This document shows, piece by piece, positions 20,170-29,803 of a stretch of DNA of 64,000 bases. The stretch is taken from contig JBFMDQ010000003.1 of NCBI GenBank assembly GCA_040753955.1, positions 17,312 through 81,311 of the forward strand, given 5' to 3'. Each line of letters opens with the position of its first letter. Position 1 is the stretch's first letter. The notes beneath the pieces are model-generated. The model did no database searches, was not told the origin of the DNA, and saw nothing but the letters and a program-made list of their open reading frames with translations. Source of the stretch: Nitrospirota bacterium (GTDB taxonomy: Bacteria; Nitrospirota; Thermodesulfovibrionia; Thermodesulfovibrionales; SM23-35). Both the position numbers and the translations under genes were made by a program.

Positions 20170-20418
20170 CTATTCCACTTCGATTTCTTCTCCTTCTTCT
20201 AACTTCCTTGGCCATTCAATTTCTAATATGCCACCTTTTAACAGCCTTACCTTAAGGTCTTCTTTATTAGGTTCTGGATCGAGCCGTAATCTGATGATAT
20301 TGGAATTTTTTGTCTGTGAGTAACTCACTTTGAAAGGCCTCAGAAAAGGTCCGATCCCCATTCTAAAAGGTCCGAATCTAAAATCTAAAAACTCATCTTG
20401 GTATTCCTCAAATGGCAT
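20170..20418 (-). CDS. Small hypothetical protein with weak Hsp20/alpha-crystallin C-terminal resemblance
   Basis: The start is set at MPFEEY, preceded by GGAGG. The C-terminal LKVRLLKGGILEIEWPRK resembles the small-HSP beta9 region. Confidence 0.35.
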   Translation of the reverse strand: MPFEEYQDEFLDFRFGPFRMGIGPFLRPFKVSYSQTKNSNIIRLRLDPEPNKEDLKVRLLKGGILEIEWPRKLEEGEEIEVE

Positions 20419-20619
20419 AGAAAACCTCCTCTCTTTCAAATTTATTGCTTAGTGCTTTCAATAATTGCCCTGAGTAAAGAAACAGACATTGCTACCTGTC
20501 AAGATTTAGAGGTATTATACTTAGAACCACTATATAGAGTAAACTTAGATTGACTCTTAATTTAATAACCTTTTGGAATTTTAGATTATTAATAGCTTAT
20601 CTGAGAGAGGTGAGACGTT

Positions 20620-21186
20620 ATGTTAAAAGATTTGATTCAAAGAAATAGAAGCTGTCGCCGTTTTTATCAGGAATTTAAAATAGATATCCAAATCTTAAGA
20701 GAGCTAATTGATCTGGCCAGGCTTTCTCCCTCGTCAGGGAACCTACAACCATTAAAATATATCCCTTCTTGCGATCCTGAAAAGAACAATCTAATATTCC
20801 CTTGTCTCAGTTGGGCTGGTTATCTAAAAGACTGGCGTCCACCTGAGGGAGAAAGACCATCTGCTTATATCATTATCCTTGGTGATAAAGAGATTGCCTC
20901 TTTCTTTGGATATGATGCTGGAATCGCTACCCAGAGTATTCTTCTGGGTGCCAGAGAGAAAGATTTGGGAGGTTGTGTAATTGGCTCAATACAAAGAGAG
21001 AAACTTAGAACTGCTCTTAATATTCCAGAAAGATATGAAATACTTTTGGTTTTGGCTCTTGGGAAGCCAAAAGAGAAAGTGTTGATCGAAAGAGTTGGTC
21101 CAGAAGGAGATATTAAGTATTGGAGGGATAGTGAGGGTGTTCACCATGTTCCAAAGCGATCATTAGATGAGTTGATTGTTGACTAA
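20620..21186 (+). CDS. Nitroreductase family protein
   Basis: The 188-aa ORF has RRSCRRF at the N-terminus, PS.GN.QP, and a conserved C-terminal part. Confidence 0.8.
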   Translation: MLKDLIQRNRSCRRFYQEFKIDIQILRELIDLARLSPSSGNLQPLKYIPSCDPEKNNLIFPCLSWAGYLKDWRPPEGERPSAYIIILGDKEIASFFGYDAGIATQSILLGAREKDLGGCVIGSIQREKLRTALNIPERYEILLVLALGKPKEKVLIERVGPEGDIKYWRDSEGVHHVPKRSLDELIVD

Positions 21187-21335
21187 AGATTTTGCTCTAT
21201 TGTTGTTAGAACCACGTCGACGACCTGCACAAATCGGTGGTAAGGTCTACTAAGGTTTAACAGAGTCAAGAAAGGAAGCTCAGGGTATGGGGGGTATTCA
21301 CTCCAATATTTTTTCTAAACTACAGTAAAATAAAA

Positions 21336-22037
21336 ATGATTTATGGCTATAGAGTGATAAGAGAAGAGGAGGTATGTCTTTACCCCGCGGGTCTGATTCA
21401 GATATCCATATACAGAGGTTTTGGGGAAGGGATAGACCACATGCTGAAAGCAGCCTCTGCTTGCCGTTCCTTAAATCTAAGATATGTGATACACCCGGTT
21501 GGGTATTTTCTTTCTGAGACAAGGCATAACCATAGGGCTGAGACATTAGAGACAGTGCGCAAAATTGCCAAAAATGTAGATCTTGCTCTTATTGTCCATG
21601 ATGAAACTACACCATGGGGCACACGGCTTGAAGGTGTTTATGAGGAGGCGTACAGGGAGGCCCTCCTCGAACTTTCAGAAATGTGTCCTGTATCGATCGA
21701 GAATGCGAACAATACGCATGACATAGAATGGTTCTGGAGGCGATTTGCAAACTCTGTAACTCTCGACATAGGGCATGTTGAGGCTGCAGGTATAGACTCT
21801 GAGGAATTTGTAATGGAACTCGAGGAAGATATTATTGATAAGCTGAGCTTCGTCCATATCCATAGATATAACGGCCCTCATGACGGTCTTATGGATCACT
21901 GGAGCCTTTTAGAAGGCTGTAAAGAATTGAAGGCCCTCAGGCGTCTTCTCGATAAAAAGCAAGATATAGGTGTGATTCTCGAGATTAATGATATGGAGAA
22001 CCTCGGAGAAAGCCTGAAACTCCTCGATAGATTATAA
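21336..22037 (+). CDS. Xylose-isomerase-like TIM-barrel (sugar phosphate isomerase/epimerase family) protein
   Basis: The 233-aa ORF has alternating beta/alpha patterning with HP, HDE, ENA, DIGH and H..D metal-site-like residues. Confidence 0.5.
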   Translation: MIYGYRVIREEEVCLYPAGLIQISIYRGFGEGIDHMLKAASACRSLNLRYVIHPVGYFLSETRHNHRAETLETVRKIAKNVDLALIVHDETTPWGTRLEGVYEEAYREALLELSEMCPVSIENANNTHDIEWFWRRFANSVTLDIGHVEAAGIDSEEFVMELEEDIIDKLSFVHIHRYNGPHDGLMDHWSLLEGCKELKALRRLLDKKQDIGVILEINDMENLGESLKLLDRL

Positions 22038-22047
22038 TGAGCCCATA

Positions 22048-22599
22048 GTGAGGTGGAATATATTGAGGAAAATTATTAATACATTTATGGTTGCACTTAT
22101 AGTCATTTCATTCTTTGCATCCCATGATTCTTTTGCAGCTACAAAGTACTTAAAAACAGAAGGGGCAAGAGCTGACGAAATAAAAGGTACTTTCACACTT
22201 ATATTGTATGGGGGAAGACATATTAATGACTTAGAAACCATTGCCTTTCTTGATAAAGAAGGAGACCAGTATGAATTTGAGCCTTACGCACCTGAGTTTG
22301 ACTACAAGATAAAAAGAGAGAGCCCTGCTGAAGATGCCTTGAATGAAGCGAAAAAATTTGTCAGTTTTCACAATGCTTTCTGGCATTCTCAATTAAGCAG
22401 GATTATTGATGACAAAGGGAATACTATTGGATATGAATTGAGGCCTCTGTATTATCCTTTTGTTTATGGTAGGGATGATGTCCTTGAAGTATATTACAGG
22501 ATTAAGGACGATAAGGTGATTGTTGAAATAAGGCTTATACCAGAAATTTTTAACACGCTCTTTTTTGGAGACCTACCAGATTCTCCGGGAGGGTTTTGA
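22048..22599 (+). CDS. Hypothetical secreted protein
   Basis: The 183-aa ORF has an N-terminal signal peptide ending SFAATK. I recognise no family. Confidence 0.5.
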   Translation: MRWNILRKIINTFMVALIVISFFASHDSFAATKYLKTEGARADEIKGTFTLILYGGRHINDLETIAFLDKEGDQYEFEPYAPEFDYKIKRESPAEDALNEAKKFVSFHNAFWHSQLSRIIDDKGNTIGYELRPLYYPFVYGRDDVLEVYYRIKDDKVIVEIRLIPEIFNTLFFGDLPDSPGGF

Positions 22600-22688
22600 T
22601 AAGCATATTTTTCCATACGGCCTTTAGGGATCCGCAATATTTTGTTAGTCTTCTTGTTGTAACAATACGCATAAAATTATTACTTCAA

Positions 22689-23615
22689 TTAAAACGGCAT
22701 GAAGAACTTGTATTCCCTGATAAATTTCCTGAATGTCCTGGCGGCTACGGTTGAAGGCTCTTCATGAAGACTAATAAGATAGAACTTTCTCCTGAGCCTT
22801 TTAGTTGGCATATGCAAGAGCTTAATTGATCCATCCTTTAATGCACTGAAAACTGACCATTTTGAGACAAAGGATATTCCCATTCCCGACTGCACCATGC
22901 GAACAATCAACTCTGGATTGCCGAGCGTCATCGATACCTTTATGTTACCCGGCTCTATCCCTAAGTTATGTAGGAAATCATCTACCAATTCCCTTGTGCC
23001 TGAACCAGTTTCTGGCATTATGAATGGTTGGGAAATAAGATCCTGAGGTGTCAGAGGTTTTTTCTTTGTCAGGAGATTGTCATCAGATGCAATAATGACC
23101 ATCTCATCCTCAGCAATTTCCTCAAGATGAATCGTTGTCTTCTGGGGATTTCCCTCTACAATTCCTATATCAATCATTCCTTCACAGAGGTAGTCAATGG
23201 TAGATTCAGTATTTGAGACAGAGACTTCTATCTGGACCTCAGGATAATTTTTAGAAAAACTATAAAAGACTTGGGGGAGCAGGTATGTTGCTGCCGTTGG
23301 GCTTGCGCCTATAGAGAGTGGACCTCTTGCCTTGTGAACGAGGCTGTAAACATCATTTTCCATTTTTTTGTAGAGTTCGAGTATCTGTTTTGCATAGTCA
23401 TAAAAAAGCCTTCCGGCAGGTGTTGGTGTAACTGTCTTAGACTCCCTTTCCAATAGTTTAACGCCAAGTTCGTCTTCAAGATTTTTTATGAGGTGGCTCA
23501 TTGCAGACTGGGTCAAAAACTTTGCCTCTGCTGCTTTTGAAAAGCTTTTCATCTCAACAACGAGACAGAATGCCTTTAACCTGTGGTCTTCCATAACATT
23601 ATTGTAAGTAGTCAA
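22689..23615 (-). CDS. LysR-family transcriptional regulator, divergent from the porin/tungstate-uptake genes
   Basis: The 308-aa ORF has an N-terminal wHTH (FSKAAEAKFLTQSAMSHLIKNLE) and a LysR substrate-binding domain. Confidence 0.85.
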   Translation of the reverse strand: MTTYNNVMEDHRLKAFCLVVEMKSFSKAAEAKFLTQSAMSHLIKNLEDELGVKLLERESKTVTPTPAGRLFYDYAKQILELYKKMENDVYSLVHKARGPLSIGASPTAATYLLPQVFYSFSKNYPEVQIEVSVSNTESTIDYLCEGMIDIGIVEGNPQKTTIHLEEIAEDEMVIIASDDNLLTKKKPLTPQDLISQPFIMPETGSGTRELVDDFLHNLGIEPGNIKVSMTLGNPELIVRMVQSGMGISFVSKWSVFSALKDGSIKLLHMPTKRLRRKFYLISLHEEPSTVAARTFRKFIREYKFFMPF

Positions 23616-23723
23616 AGCAAGAGTGTCAAACAGCTAACTTATGAAATTAATTCATTCTTTTGATGAAAATTAAGAATTTGCCTTTCACTGTTAGCAAAAG
23701 TAATTTAATAATTGAAGGTACTG

Positions 23724-23822
23724 AGCAGGATTCTTATCGTAAGTTGCTTTATCTAATTTAGCTTGTCTTAGGCATAGGCTACAATCGGCTTGAGGTCAAA
23801 TACGTCAAATAAGAATCCTGCT
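23724..23822. promoter_or_regulatory. Perfect 14-bp inverted repeat pair (AGCAGGATTCTTAT / ATAAGAATCCTGCT) spaced 71 nt in the LysR-porin divergent region
   Basis: The arms lie at 23724-23737 and 23809-23822 and are exact reverse complements. Confidence 0.5.
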
Positions 23823-23911
23823 TTGGTTTTCTTCGCAATTAGGATAACCAATGATACTTTATGGATTTCAACATTCCACTTACACTCTAAATAAAAAAGG
23901 GAGATATTCAA

Positions 23912-25423
23912 ATGAAGAGATTATGTGTTTTTCTGCCTCTTTTCGTTTTTTCACTTTCAGTATGGATTTTGCCTGTTATGGCAGCAGACCCATCTATAGA
24001 GATAGAGCAACTTAAAAAAGATATGCAGCGACTTTTAGACGAGCAGACGATCCTAAAAAAGAGGATAGAGGAGTTAGAAAAAACTCAGACCCAGACCGAG
24101 ACAAAAACTATCGAAACAGAAAAAAAGGTTGTAGAAGCAGAGAAGAAAGGGATACTAGCCGGATATGATAAAGGTTTTTATATAAAGTCCCCTGATGAGA
24201 ATTTTCTCCTAAAGACCAATCTATTCCTCCAGTTTCGTTATACATATCTCCATTTTGACAGAACAGTTAATGTTAATGATGAGGACTGGAGCAACTTCTT
24301 CATAAGACGGGCGAGGGTCTTTTTTACAGGCAATGCACCTAATAAAGACTGGACATATTTCTTCCACATTCAGTTAGAGCCTACAAGCGCAGTTAACCTG
24401 CATGATGCATACGTGACATGGAAAAAATATCCTTATGCCCAGGTTCAGTTTGGCCGTTCCAAACTCCCTTATGGACTTCACTTCTGGCAATCTGCAAGCC
24501 TTCTTAACGGGATTGAAAGAAGTATCTTCTCAGGGGAAACAGATGTAGACGGCAGATCAGATACGAGGAAATGGCCTGGTGGGAATGCCAATTTCCCTGT
24601 CAGTGATGAAGATTCTGTTACAAAGTTTCCTATAGGTGGTTTTAATCTTTTCAGGTCTCAAGGGGTTCAGCTACAAGGTGATATTGATTTATTCGATCAG
24701 AATGGATTTTTACAATACTGGGCTGGAGTATATAACGGGAGAAATACGAAAGGAGGCATAAACATTGACAGCACATCTCTTTGGGTAGGCAGGATCTCTA
24801 TAAATCCATTCGGCAAATATAACCTGCTCCAGCAAGGCGACATAGATTACAGCAAAACCCCTAAGGTCTGTTTTCTTGTCTCAGGCTTCCATAATACAGA
24901 TCGATTAAGTAAGATTCGCAGTTCAACAGATGGAAAGGAACAATCAGTAAATCTCTATGACATTAAAGGTTCAGGTTACGATCTGGCTGCTTTATTCAGG
25001 TATAGGGGTTTTTCTGCGGATGCTGAATATGGCTATGACAGGTTTGAGCAGGATAGGGAAGGTGGAAATACCTGGGATCGTTTCGCCTATAGACTTGATG
25101 CTGGTTATTTCTTAATACCTAGGAAGTTTGAAATAGTAGCGAGGTATGCTTATGTTGAACGGCTTAAAGATAACAATATAGAAAGATCCCTTGCTTCAGG
25201 TCTGGGTCTTGTAAGTGTCAATGGTGGAACAAACAATGCTATTGAGGATAATCTCAGGGAATACACAGTTGGTTTAAACTATTATTTTTATGGACACAAC
25301 CTGAAGTTCTTTTTAGATTATAGTTATCTAACAAGGGAGTTTATCGAGGTTCCTGGTGCTTCAGTTTCTGCCGAAGACCAGCATGACAATAGGTATAGAG
25401 CGATGATACAGTTTTACTTCTAA
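23912..25423 (+). CDS. Outer-membrane porin (phosphate-selective porin O/P-like) with an N-terminal coiled coil
   Basis: The 503-aa ORF has a signal peptide (...LPVMAAD), a coiled-coil segment, alternating beta-strand patterning and a C-terminal aromatic residue (QFYF). Confidence 0.7.
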   Translation: MKRLCVFLPLFVFSLSVWILPVMAADPSIEIEQLKKDMQRLLDEQTILKKRIEELEKTQTQTETKTIETEKKVVEAEKKGILAGYDKGFYIKSPDENFLLKTNLFLQFRYTYLHFDRTVNVNDEDWSNFFIRRARVFFTGNAPNKDWTYFFHIQLEPTSAVNLHDAYVTWKKYPYAQVQFGRSKLPYGLHFWQSASLLNGIERSIFSGETDVDGRSDTRKWPGGNANFPVSDEDSVTKFPIGGFNLFRSQGVQLQGDIDLFDQNGFLQYWAGVYNGRNTKGGINIDSTSLWVGRISINPFGKYNLLQQGDIDYSKTPKVCFLVSGFHNTDRLSKIRSSTDGKEQSVNLYDIKGSGYDLAALFRYRGFSADAEYGYDRFEQDREGGNTWDRFAYRLDAGYFLIPRKFEIVARYAYVERLKDNNIERSLASGLGLVSVNGGTNNAIEDNLREYTVGLNYYFYGHNLKFFLDYSYLTREFIEVPGASVSAEDQHDNRYRAMIQFYF

Positions 25424-25607
25424 GTTAGGTGATTATTTTTACTGATAAGGTTCTTTTTTGTAATTTTTACGTTGTTGATCTGTTTCTATGCTAATATTAG
25501 AAATCAAAACTTGGGTTAAGGTTTAATTGATAAGTGAAATATCCTTTGTAGGAAGCTAAGGGCATTGTCCTATCAAGTAAACTGCGTATAGAATTTAAGG
25601 AGGTTAT

Positions 25608-26390
25608 ATGCCAAAAGAGAAAACAAAACTTGTGATTGCGTCGACCACAAGTACTCAACAGTCCGGACTTTTTGACATCCTCATACCGGCATATGAAAAA
25701 TCTTCGAAATACAATATAAAAGTGGAAATTATTGCTGTAGGGACGGGAAAAGCCATTAGGGTTGCGAAAAAAGGTGAGGCTGATTTACTCTTTGTTCATG
25801 ACCCTTTCAGAGAGGAAAAATTTGTTACTGAAGGATATGGTGTTAACAGAAGAGCTGTGATGCATAATGATTTTGTCATAATTGGCCCTGGGAATGACCC
25901 TGCAGGGATAAAAAAATTTAAAAATGCTGTAGAAGTCTTCGAAGAAATTGCAGAGAAGGGATCTCCCTTTGTATCGCGAGGAGATGACTCAGGCACAAAT
26001 ATCAAGGAATTAGATATCTGGGATAATGCTGGTATTAATCCAAAAGGTAAGGGCTGGTATTTTGAGACAGGTGCCAAAATGGGAGATACCTTACTCACTG
26101 CAAGTCAAAAAAGGGCCTACACAATGACTGATATAGGGACATTTCTAAATTACGAATCAAAAATCAATTTAAAGATACTCTTTAAAGGTGATCCTATATT
26201 GAGGAACAATTACAGTGTCATCGCAGTCAATCCCGAGAAATTTCCTGAAACCAAATATAGAGAAGCAATGGATTTTATCGCCTTCGTTACATCACCTGAG
26301 GGTCAACGTTTAATTGCGAATTATAAAAAACACGGTATTAATCTTTTCTATCCAGATGCTATCCCATCAGTGATGACCAAGGGAAAATAG
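25608..26390 (+). CDS. TupA-like tungstate/molybdate-binding protein lacking a signal peptide
   Basis: The 260-aa ORF has the ASTTSTQQSGL anion-binding motif and SRGDDSGT. AAGGAGG lies just upstream, and an in-frame stop 4 codons upstream excludes an N-terminal extension. Confidence 0.75.
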   Translation: MPKEKTKLVIASTTSTQQSGLFDILIPAYEKSSKYNIKVEIIAVGTGKAIRVAKKGEADLLFVHDPFREEKFVTEGYGVNRRAVMHNDFVIIGPGNDPAGIKKFKNAVEVFEEIAEKGSPFVSRGDDSGTNIKELDIWDNAGINPKGKGWYFETGAKMGDTLLTASQKRAYTMTDIGTFLNYESKINLKILFKGDPILRNNYSVIAVNPEKFPETKYREAMDFIAFVTSPEGQRLIANYKKHGINLFYPDAIPSVMTKGK

Positions 26391-26414
26391 ATAATCCGGT
26401 CTGTGGAGGCCAAG

Positions 26415-27278
26415 ATGAGATTACAAAATTGTTTTCTATTTTTATTACTGATTATTGTCTTAAATGAAGGAACTTCAGTTTCTTATGCACAGGAAAAATG
26501 TGCAGAAGTATATGGAAGTGGTCCTAACAAATTTTCTCTTGCTACAGGGAGTCCCGGAGAACTTGGTCTCTTAAAAGTCTTGGGAGAAGCTTTCGGAAAA
26601 GAGATGAATACAACTCTCTGCTGGATAAAGGCCGGTTCAGGAGAGGCTTTAAGGCTTTTGAAAGAAAAGGCTGTCGACATGATCATGGTACATGATCCTT
26701 CTGCAGAGAGGAAGGCAGTGGCAGAAGGGTGGGCTACGAAAAGGATACTTATTGGTTCAAACGAATTTTATATCGTTGGTCCTCCTGATGACCCTGCAAA
26801 GATTACAGAAGCAAGTGATGCTCGGGATGCTTATACTCGTATAGCAAAAGCAAAGGCCAAATTCTTTTCCAGAGGTGATAACTCAGGGACTCACAAGAAG
26901 GAGATGGAAATTTGGAAGAAGACCGGCATTTTGCCTTCTGGGGACTGGTATGTTGTCACAAAAGATTTTATGACAGCAACCCTAAAAAGAGCTAATGATG
27001 AAAAAGGATACTTCATGACTGACAGCAGTACGTGGGTGGCAGAGAAAAAGAATATGCCTAATCTGAAAATACTTTTTAGAGGGAACAAATTTCTTGTCAA
27101 TACATATCATGCTCTTTGCCAACCTGAAGGGGCAACACCAAGGGGAACGACTGCGACAAAGTTTATAGATTTTGTATCCTCTGAGAAAGGACAAAAACTT
27201 ATTAGAGAGTATGGAAAAGATCTTTATGGCGATGGACTTTATAATGATGCAGCTTATGCACGCAAGTATGAGGAATAA
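26415..27278 (+). CDS. Divergent TupA-family periplasmic binding protein
   Basis: It has a signal peptide. The paralogous fold shows SRGDNSGTHKKE, but the first anion motif is changed to ATGSPGELG. GGAGG lies 5 nt upstream of the ATG at 26415. Confidence 0.7.
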   Translation: MRLQNCFLFLLLIIVLNEGTSVSYAQEKCAEVYGSGPNKFSLATGSPGELGLLKVLGEAFGKEMNTTLCWIKAGSGEALRLLKEKAVDMIMVHDPSAERKAVAEGWATKRILIGSNEFYIVGPPDDPAKITEASDARDAYTRIAKAKAKFFSRGDNSGTHKKEMEIWKKTGILPSGDWYVVTKDFMTATLKRANDEKGYFMTDSSTWVAEKKNMPNLKILFRGNKFLVNTYHALCQPEGATPRGTTATKFIDFVSSEKGQKLIREYGKDLYGDGLYNDAAYARKYEE

Positions 27279-27306
27279 TATATCACCGAAAAAGGAGGAG
27301 GAAAAA

Positions 27307-28128
27307 ATGAGATTACTGAAAGTCATTTTAACGTTAGCTTTTGTTTTAGTGGTTGGCATAAATATAGGTGTTTCAGCAGATAAGGAAATAATCCTGGCGT
27401 CCACTACAAGCACAGAGAACTCAGGGTTATTTGATTATATCCTGCCTATTTTTGAAAAGAAGACTGGGATAAAGGTAAAAGTCGTTGCCCGTGGTACAGG
27501 AGCAGCTATTGAGATGGGAAAGAGAGGAGATGCTGACGTTGTCTTTGTTCATGCTAAGGAACAGGAATTGAAGGCTGTTGAGGAAGGGTACTTTGTTAAT
27601 CACCATGATGTTATGTATAACGATTTTGTTATTATTGGGCCTATTGATGACCCAGCAAACATAAAAGGGATAAAATCAGCATCTGAGGCATTTCGAAAAA
27701 TAGCAGAGAGTGGACGTCCATTTGTTTCACGTGGAGACAATTCAGGCACGCACACAAAGGAACTTGCTGTATGGAAAAAGACAGGGATAGACCCGAAAGG
27801 GCAAAAATGGTATCTTGAATCCGGTCAGGGAATGGAAAAGACACAGAGGATTGCAAATGAAAAAAGGGCATATACCCTTACAGACCGGGGAACGTGGCTT
27901 GCGACAAGGGAGAAGGACAAACTTGAAATGGTGATTGTTCTCGAAGGAGATCCTGCCCTCTTTAATCAGTATGGAGTCATGGCTGTAAACCCTCAGAAAC
28001 AAAAACATGTAAAATACAAAGAGGCTATGGAGTTCATCAACTGGCTAATATCAAAAGAAGGTCAAAAGGCCATAGCATCATTTAAGGACAGCTATGGTAA
28101 TCAGCTTTTTTTCCCAAATGCAAAATAG
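27307..28128 (+). CDS. tupA: Periplasmic tungstate-binding protein TupA
   Basis: The start is set at MRLLKVIL after AAAGGAGGAGG. It has a signal peptide plus ASTTSTENSGL and SRGDNSGTH motifs. Confidence 0.8.
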   Translation: MRLLKVILTLAFVLVVGINIGVSADKEIILASTTSTENSGLFDYILPIFEKKTGIKVKVVARGTGAAIEMGKRGDADVVFVHAKEQELKAVEEGYFVNHHDVMYNDFVIIGPIDDPANIKGIKSASEAFRKIAESGRPFVSRGDNSGTHTKELAVWKKTGIDPKGQKWYLESGQGMEKTQRIANEKRAYTLTDRGTWLATREKDKLEMVIVLEGDPALFNQYGVMAVNPQKQKHVKYKEAMEFINWLISKEGQKAIASFKDSYGNQLFFPNAK

Positions 28129-28134
28129 ATAAAA

Positions 28135-28848
28135 ATGGATTCTATCATAGAGGGTTTTAGAAAGGCATTTTACCTTATATTAAATTTCGATCCAGAGTTT
28201 TTAAGTATTATCGTTCTATCCTTTAAGGTTTCTGGTACAGCCCTTATAATAGCAACAGTTTTAGGTTTGCCGATTGGTGCCCTGACAGGATTGAAGAGAT
28301 TTCCGGGAAGGGGATTAATCATCAGTCTCCTGAATACTTTTATGGGTCTTCCACCTGTCGTTGTTGGACTCTTTCTATATCTTCTACTATCAAGGAGAGG
28401 ACCCCTCGGCTTCATGGCCTTGCTCTATACACCTTCAGCAATGATTATTGCCCAGAGCATTCTTGCTTTTCCTATCGTGGCTGCCCTTTCCCACTCAGCT
28501 ATTAAAAAAATTGAGCCTCTCATTAAACAGGCTTCACTTACCCTTGGTGCAACGCCTTTCCAGGTGATGATTACTATTATAAAAGAAGCAAGGTATGGGA
28601 TTATGTCAGGGGTAATTGCTGCCCTTGGGAGGGTGATGGCTGAGGTAGGGGCAATACTTATTGTAGGTGGCAATATTGCTGGTTATACACGTGTTATGAC
28701 CACGACCATTGCCCTTGAGACGGATAAGGGGAATTTTGAACTTGCCCTCGCACTTGGTATTATACTTTTAATGTTGTCATTTATTATAAACATGTTCTTA
28801 TATTTGATTCAGAAAAAAGGCGTAGTAGAGACTGCTATATGGACCTAA
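28135..28848 (+). CDS. tupB: Tungstate ABC transporter permease
   Basis: The 237-aa ORF has 5-6 TM segments and an EAA-like loop (KQASLTLGATPFQ). Confidence 0.8.
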   Translation: MDSIIEGFRKAFYLILNFDPEFLSIIVLSFKVSGTALIIATVLGLPIGALTGLKRFPGRGLIISLLNTFMGLPPVVVGLFLYLLLSRRGPLGFMALLYTPSAMIIAQSILAFPIVAALSHSAIKKIEPLIKQASLTLGATPFQVMITIIKEARYGIMSGVIAALGRVMAEVGAILIVGGNIAGYTRVMTTTIALETDKGNFELALALGIILLMLSFIINMFLYLIQKKGVVETAIWT

Positions 28849-29495
28849 AATTGATTACTTCAAATATTTATAAGAGTTACGACGGAAAGCCTGTCCTAAA
28901 AGACTGTTCCTTTTCATTTGATAGAAGTGGAACCTACGTTCTGACGGGTCCTAATGGTAGTGGCAAGTCAACATTCTTCAGGATATGTGGCCTTCTTGAA
29001 GATCCTGATGAAGGGGAAGTTAATTATTTTTCAGGGGTACATATTTTAAAGAGAGACATTGAACTAAGACGCAGGATAACCCTTTTATTGCCGAAAGTTG
29101 GGATTTTTAACACTACGGTATTTAAGAATACGGCTTATGGGCTGAGGATAAGGGGAATGAAAGGGCCTAAAATAAAGGAAAAAGTTGATAAGGCATTGGA
29201 GTTTGTTGGACTGACTCATAAAAAGAATCAGAATGCCCTGACCCTTTCAAGCGGAGAGACACAAAGGCTTGGTATTGCGAGGGCGATGGTTATTGAGCCT
29301 GAAATATTTTTCCTCGATGAACCAACAGCATCTGTTGATCAAGAAAATACAGAAATAATAGAAGATATTATTTTAAAAATGAAAAAAGAGGAAAGGTCAA
29401 TTGTTGTCATTGCAACCCATGACATGGCCCAGGCAAAAAGACTCGCAGACTGGTTACTCTTAATGAAGGACGGAAAAATTATTTCCTCCTGGTGA
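28839..29495 (+). CDS. tupC: Tungstate ABC transporter ATP-binding protein
   Basis: The 218-aa ORF has Walker A GPNGSGKST, signature LSSGETQR and Walker B FFLDEP. Confidence 0.85.
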   Translation: MDLKLITSNIYKSYDGKPVLKDCSFSFDRSGTYVLTGPNGSGKSTFFRICGLLEDPDEGEVNYFSGVHILKRDIELRRRITLLLPKVGIFNTTVFKNTAYGLRIRGMKGPKIKEKVDKALEFVGLTHKKNQNALTLSSGETQRLGIARAMVIEPEIFFLDEPTASVDQENTEIIEDIILKMKKEERSIVVIATHDMAQAKRLADWLLLMKDGKIISSW

Positions 29496-29803
29496 TTGCA
29501 CCGGACTGTCTCTGTGCTAATATTTTAGACCCTTGTTCAATACGGGCTTGTGACCCTTGCTTTTCATGCTCTGTGCATTAGGCACATCATAGGTTTACCC
29601 TGTTGCTGCATAAATTTATTTGATTACTAAAGCTCAATATAGGAATATCAGGCATTTATGTCAATTTTATGTCTTATCGCAGGACTTAACTTTTAGTGAC
29701 ATCTATGAATACATGTCTGATTGACTTCAAACGTTGTATTTTAGCCATAACATGAGTTTCAGTCATATGTATTATTGCAACAACAGGGTTTAGATATATC
29801 CTG

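Noticed and set aside
20440-20520. A CIRCE-like or other heat-shock operator upstream of the small Hsp20-like gene (TTAGTGCT...).
   Set aside because: Only a loose half-site is present with no inverted partner at 9-nt spacing. It is not comparable to the genuine CIRCE at 60084-60110.
23616-25607. A Moco/Tuco riboswitch upstream of the porin or the first tupA-like gene.
   Set aside because: I could not find the conserved core words I associate with that class (such as GCCUCC and GGAAAGG in appropriate helices). Both leaders are AT-rich. The question is left to a covariance-model scan.
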